A DNA stretch of 64,000 nucleotides from assembly GCA_036268405.1 (NCBI GenBank), contig DATAUF010000077.1:17682-81681 (forward strand), read 5' to 3'. A program made the position numbers and the translations under genes. The stretch comes from Mycobacteriales bacterium (GTDB lineage Bacteria > Actinomycetota > Actinomycetes > JAFAQI01). Below the pieces are notes generated by a model, which was not told the DNA's origin, did not search any database, and saw only the letters and a list, made by a program, of their open reading frames with translations. Shown piece by piece: positions 59,836 through 64,000 of this stretch. How positions within the stretch are numbered: the first letter of the stretch is position 1; every line of letters begins with the position of its first letter.

Positions 59836-61032
59836 ATGTCCGCTGGCTCGACCACAGTGACGTACCCACGCGACGGGTTCGGAGCGCCGAAGGACCGCGA
59901 GCTGCCGCCCCTCGTCGACGTGGGACTGCCGGCCGGGACGCAGGTGTTCTCGGCCGACAACCACATCTCGCTTTCCGAGGACATCTTCTTCGAGAACTTC
60001 CCTGAAGACATGAGGGACCAGGCTCCGCGCGTGACCAACGAGGACGGCGGCTGGGTCCTCGCGGTCGGCGGCAAGTCGGTGCTCGTCAAGGAGTTCATCG
60101 ACGTCCTCACGCAGTACGACCCCGTGCCGGGCTCGCACACCGGCGACATCGCGGCGCGTCTCGCCGCGCTCGAGTCCGAAGGGGTCCATGCGGAGCTCGC
60201 CTTCCCCAACTCGATCCTGGCGTTGTTTGGCTGGCCCGACAAAGCCGTCCGCGAGCGCTGCTTCCGGATCTACAACGAGCACATCGCCGGTGTGCAGGAA
60301 CGCTCGGGCAACCGCATCTACGGAGTCGGCCTCATCAACTGGTGGGATGCCGACGGGGCGCGCCGTACCCTCACCGAGCTCAAGGAGCTCGGGCTGAAGA
60401 CGTTCCTGATGCCGTTGGTCCCCGGCAAGGACGATGATAAGAAGCCGATCGACTACTGCGCGTCGTCGATGGACGGCGTGTGGGACGCGATTGAGGAGTC
60501 GGGCATTCCGGTCTCACACCACATCGGCGAGAACCCGCCGCAGACCCCCATCGAGTTCAACGCGCTTCAGGTCGGCATGTTCCAAGCCGTCGCGCCGTTC
60601 CGCGACACGTTCGGAAAGTACGTCCTGGGCGGCATTCTCGACCGGCATCCGGGCTTGCGGATCGGCTACTTCGAAGGTGGCATCAACTGGGTGCCGTCGG
60701 CGATCCAGGATGCGCAACACATCGCCGCGTCGTTCCGGCACATGCAGGACACCGAGATCAAGCTCGATCCGCAGGAGTACTGGGACAAGCACATGTATGC
60801 GTCGTTCATGGTGGACCCGCTGGGCCTGTCGATGGTCGACCGGATCGGCGTGGAGAAGGTCATGTGGTCAACCGACTTCCCGCACAACGAGAGCACCTAC
60901 GGCTACAGCAACTCATCACTGGCGAGCGTTGTGGAGATGGTGGGTCCGGAGGCGGGCAAGGCGATCGCCAGCGACAACGCGAAACGGTTCCTCGGACTCG
61001 AGACCGGATTGCGAGCGGAGCTCGACGTATGA
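59836..61032 (+). CDS. amidohydrolase-2 family (PF04909) metal-dependent hydrolase/decarboxylase-like
   Basis: The sequence contains FSADNHISLSEDIF, HHIGENPP and STDFPHNEST. The ATG has a GAGGAGG RBS. Confidence 0.8.
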   Translation: MSAGSTTVTYPRDGFGAPKDRELPPLVDVGLPAGTQVFSADNHISLSEDIFFENFPEDMRDQAPRVTNEDGGWVLAVGGKSVLVKEFIDVLTQYDPVPGSHTGDIAARLAALESEGVHAELAFPNSILALFGWPDKAVRERCFRIYNEHIAGVQERSGNRIYGVGLINWWDADGARRTLTELKELGLKTFLMPLVPGKDDDKKPIDYCASSMDGVWDAIEESGIPVSHHIGENPPQTPIEFNALQVGMFQAVAPFRDTFGKYVLGGILDRHPGLRIGYFEGGINWVPSAIQDAQHIAASFRHMQDTEIKLDPQEYWDKHMYASFMVDPLGLSMVDRIGVEKVMWSTDFPHNESTYGYSNSSLASVVEMVGPEAGKAIASDNAKRFLGLETGLRAELDV

Positions 61033-62255
61033 CCGCTGGTCTCATGGAGGCGCGGCCGACGCGCTTCCCGGCTCGGCCGGACCTGGCGCGGATGCGCCTG
61101 GATCGCACGGACCGGGTGCGCGCCGTCATGCGCGAGCAGGGCATCGATGCGCTCGTGCTGTCGGGCAACACCAACGTCGTCTACGCGACCGGCGCGATCT
61201 GGCCGTTCGCAGACGAGAGCCGCACGACGTTCGAGCGGCCGGTTGCGGTGGTGCTCGCCGAGGACGCCGTGCCCCATCTGTTCACGCCGATCCGCAGCGA
61301 CGACCGGCTGCGTGCGGGACTGCCGGAGGACCACGTTCACGGTCCGGCGCACCTCGACTTCGACGAGGGCGTTGTGCTGTTTCTGCCGAAGCTCAGCGAG
61401 CTGCTCCCGGCCGAAGCGGTCGTGGCGTACGACGAATGGACGCACTCGTTGCGCCGTACCGAGCTGTTTCTCGGGCCCAGCGGAGCGCCGACGGACGCGG
61501 GTCGCATCATCAGCCGGGCAAAGCTGCACAAGACGCCGGACGAGCTGTCCTGCCTTCGCGAGGGTCTGCGGATCATGGAGCTCGGCATCGCCGACGTGCA
61601 GGCCAAGCTCGCTCCTGGAGTGCGACAGGTCGACCTGACTGCGACGTTCCTGCGGACGATCTTCGACGCCGGCGCGGACGCCAACATCCTCGACCCGATC
61701 TGGCAGGTGATGCCCAACAGCATCGCTGAAGGACCGTGGACCACGACCGGGGACTTGGCGTTGCCGCTCCTGTCGACCGAACGGGAGCTCGCTGCAGGTG
61801 ACGTGCTGTGGGTCGACCTGGGCCTCAGCTATGAGGGGATGCACACCGACTTCGGCCGGACGTGGGTTGTGGGAAACGAGCCCAATGCGGTCCAGCGGGC
61901 GCAGTTCGACCGTTGGCGAGCGATCCTCGATGCCACGCTCGCGGTCACTCGAGCGGGTGCCAGGAACTCCGAACTCCTCGATGCGGCGACCGAGGCCAAC
62001 GACGGCAGCAAGCCATGGCTGCCGCACTTCTACCTCGGCCATGGGCTCGGCATCGACAGCGCAGAGATGCCGTTCGTCGGCAGCGACATCGGTGAGGCGT
62101 TCGATGCGTCCTACGTGCTCGAGGCCGGCATGGTGCTCGTCCTTGAGCCGGTGGTCTGGGAGGACGGCCAATGCGGCTATCGCTCCGAGGAGGTCGTCCT
62201 CATCACGGAGGACGGCTGGGAGCCGTTGACCGACTACCCGTACGACCCGTTCTGA
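61029..62255 (+). CDS. M24-family metallopeptidase/creatinase-fold hydrolase (Xaa-Pro peptidase-like)
   Basis: Creatinase N-terminal and pita-bread C-terminal domains are present (HTDFGRTW ... GHGLGIDSAEMPF ... VLEP). Its ATGA start overlaps the upstream stop. Confidence 0.8.
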   Translation: MTAGLMEARPTRFPARPDLARMRLDRTDRVRAVMREQGIDALVLSGNTNVVYATGAIWPFADESRTTFERPVAVVLAEDAVPHLFTPIRSDDRLRAGLPEDHVHGPAHLDFDEGVVLFLPKLSELLPAEAVVAYDEWTHSLRRTELFLGPSGAPTDAGRIISRAKLHKTPDELSCLREGLRIMELGIADVQAKLAPGVRQVDLTATFLRTIFDAGADANILDPIWQVMPNSIAEGPWTTTGDLALPLLSTERELAAGDVLWVDLGLSYEGMHTDFGRTWVVGNEPNAVQRAQFDRWRAILDATLAVTRAGARNSELLDAATEANDGSKPWLPHFYLGHGLGIDSAEMPFVGSDIGEAFDASYVLEAGMVLVLEPVVWEDGQCGYRSEEVVLITEDGWEPLTDYPYDPF

Positions 62256-62262
62256 GGACGCT

Positions 62263-63408
62263 GTGACAGACACCGAAGTGCGTCCTGACGCCGCCACGCT
62301 GCGAGCTGCGCGCCGTGAGCGCGTGCTCACCGAGATGAAAGACCGCGGGATCGACATCTTCATCTCGGGCCGTGAGCCCAACGCCCGCTACATCGCGGGT
62401 GTGCCCCGGCTCTGGATCAACGGGTCGCGCCCGTTCGGTCCGGGCTGCGTTCTCTCGTCAAGCGGTGCGATCGACATCGTCAGCACCTGGGACGATGGCG
62501 TGCCCGACGACATTCCCCACGAGAACCTGCACGGAATCACGTTCAACGGTGCCACCACGCTCGCCTGGCTGACCAAGGTCGAGGGAGCAGCGACGGCCAG
62601 GACGGTGGCCACCGATGGGCTGATGCCCTCGACGATCGCACTGGTTCGCAAGGCATTCCCAGCCGCGGACCTGGTCGACGGCGAGCAGATGATGCGCCGC
62701 GTCCGTGCCGTGAAGATGCCGGACGAGGTCGACGCGATCCGGCGTGCGGTGGAGATCGCCGAGGGCGCGCTCGTTGTTGCGGAGGAGGCGCTCCGGGTCG
62801 GCGTCACCGAGCGTCAGCTCACCGGGATCTTCATGGAACACATGGCCGAAGCCGGGGTGACGACGCCGAGCACCCAGGACGTCGTGTGGATCACCTCGCG
62901 GAGCGACGCCTGGTCGCGGACCAGCCGGGACACTGCCGTCACGGCCGACGACTTGGTGGCGCTCGACGGCGGCGTGATCGCCCGCGGCTATGTCGGTGAG
63001 GTGGGCTGGACCGCCGCGGTCGACGGCGCCGAACGCGTCGCCGGCTCGCTGGCAGGCAGCTGGGATGCGTTGTGGGACCGGCTGCTCGATGCCTGCCGCC
63101 CCGGCGGCCCCGCGTCCGGTCTTCTTGCGGCATATGAGGCAGTAGGTGTTGCCGTGCCGCCGATGCCGGTGGCCCGGGGCCTGGGCAACGGCAACGACGT
63201 CCCGTTGGTGATGGCGAGCCTGCCCAGGACCGCTGCCGAGCTTCGACTCGAGGCCGGGATGGTGCTCGCGGTCACGGCGTACGTCTGGCGCGAAGGCGTC
63301 GGCGGTCTCTACGGCAAGGCGCCCGTCCTGCTCACCGACGCCGGACCTGAGCTCCTGTCGACCAGACCGCTGCGCGGAGGCGCCCATGTCGACAGCGGAA
63401 GGAGCTGA
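62263..63408 (+). CDS. second M24/creatinase-fold family protein (divergent)
   Basis: Same two-domain layout with weaker metal-ligand conservation. GTG start with a GAGGACG RBS. Confidence 0.65.
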   Translation: MTDTEVRPDAATLRAARRERVLTEMKDRGIDIFISGREPNARYIAGVPRLWINGSRPFGPGCVLSSSGAIDIVSTWDDGVPDDIPHENLHGITFNGATTLAWLTKVEGAATARTVATDGLMPSTIALVRKAFPAADLVDGEQMMRRVRAVKMPDEVDAIRRAVEIAEGALVVAEEALRVGVTERQLTGIFMEHMAEAGVTTPSTQDVVWITSRSDAWSRTSRDTAVTADDLVALDGGVIARGYVGEVGWTAAVDGAERVAGSLAGSWDALWDRLLDACRPGGPASGLLAAYEAVGVAVPPMPVARGLGNGNDVPLVMASLPRTAAELRLEAGMVLAVTAYVWREGVGGLYGKAPVLLTDAGPELLSTRPLRGGAHVDSGRS

Positions 63409-63411
63409 CCG

Positions 63412-64000
63412 GTGACCGACGTCCCGTCGCCCGAGGAGATCATCCTCTACTCCAAGGATCCGCAGACCCGAATCGCAACGATCACGTTCAACCGCCCAGA
63501 CCACATCAACGCGCCGACAATCGGCGCGCGCAAGCGATACGGCGACCTGATCTTCAAGGCCAGCCTCGACGACGACGTGAAGGTGCTGGTCGTGCGCGGT
63601 GAGGGGGAGCACCTCGGAACCGGCGCGGACCTCGACGAGCTGATGGCCAAGCGCAAGGGCGGCGTCGCCATGCAGGAGGAGTTCGGGATCGAGGACGACG
63701 AGGACGTCACGATGCCCGGGCGCCACAACTACCGAAACGGCGCGTCCCTCGTGCACTGGTACGCCGACCCGCGCTCGGGCAACCGGTCACTGGCGGACTT
63801 CAAGAAGATCAGCATCCTCGAGGTCAAGGGCTATTGCTACGGCTGGCACTTCTACCAAGCTGCCGACGCTGACCTGGTGATCTCCTCAGACGACGGGCTG
63901 TTCGGCCATCCGGCATTTCGGTATGTCGGCTACGCGCCGCGAATGTGGCAGTGGGCGACGATCATGGGGCTGCGCAAGTTCCAGGAGATGGTCTTCACCG
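63412..64000 (+). CDS. enoyl-CoA hydratase/isomerase (crotonase) family protein, 3'-truncated at window edge
   Basis: GTG start with a GAAGGAG RBS. The sequence contains ITFNRPDHINA ... VLVVRGEG.HLGTGADL ... GYCYGWHF. No stop codon is reached before the window ends. Confidence 0.7.
   Translation, partial: MTDVPSPEEIILYSKDPQTRIATITFNRPDHINAPTIGARKRYGDLIFKASLDDDVKVLVVRGEGEHLGTGADLDELMAKRKGGVAMQEEFGIEDDEDVTMPGRHNYRNGASLVHWYADPRSGNRSLADFKKISILEVKGYCYGWHFYQAADADLVISSDDGLFGHPAFRYVGYAPRMWQWATIMGLRKFQEMVFT

Overview
High-GC (about 70%) actinobacterial chromosomal segment, densely coding, with about 60 supportable CDS and no rRNA, tRNA, CRISPR array, transposase or integrase that I could recognise. 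Metabolism is a mix of housekeeping and catabolic. Partial NCS1 cytosine permease, an Fcy1-type cytosine deaminase and upp form a pyrimidine salvage operon. A fused siroheme-synthase-like gene follows, then USP, a Crp/Fnr regulator and dodecin. tldD-pmbA lie on the minus strand, followed by a quinone oxidoreductase and a sugar transferase. Further on is a leucine-catabolism-like cluster (methylcrotonyl-CoA carboxylase beta and alpha subunits plus an acyl-CoA dehydrogenase), a secreted PLC-like phosphodiesterase, and an F420/LLM oxidoreductase with an enoyl-CoA hydratase. acs-satP-phosphotriesterase-like lie on the minus strand next to a WS/DGAT acyltransferase. An ECF sigma, anti-sigma and HATPase regulator trio sits beside the LexA-box-controlled imuA'-imuB-dnaE2 mutasome cassette. 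Downstream are a secreted esterase, CsbD, an amidohydrolase with TauE, and lat-pcd (lysine catabolism) with a fused E1 alpha/beta dehydrogenase. A minus-strand SDR-esterase-VOC-flavin monooxygenase operon follows, then a glycan-degradation cluster (L,D-transpeptidase, GH20, Pro-rich membrane protein, GH92). The window ends with a P450/FAD-dehydrogenase/amidohydrolase/2xM24/crotonase catabolic cluster. The most unusual signals are non-coding. A roughly 63 bp palindromic intergenic repeat family has three copies, two of them flanking dnaE2. A frame-preserving 15/30 bp tandem repeat sits at the imuA'/imuB junction. A second class of TGTCAGGC/GCCTGACA hairpins is present. A 57-aa CPxCG zinc-ribbon ORF, too short for the ORF track, is divergent from imuA' and shares its SOS box. 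I did not find a clear-cut novel multi-gene system such as a defence island. The candidates of unknown function are listed as findings. Many long Arg/Pro-rich ORFs in the track are GC-bias artefacts antisense to real genes and were ignored.
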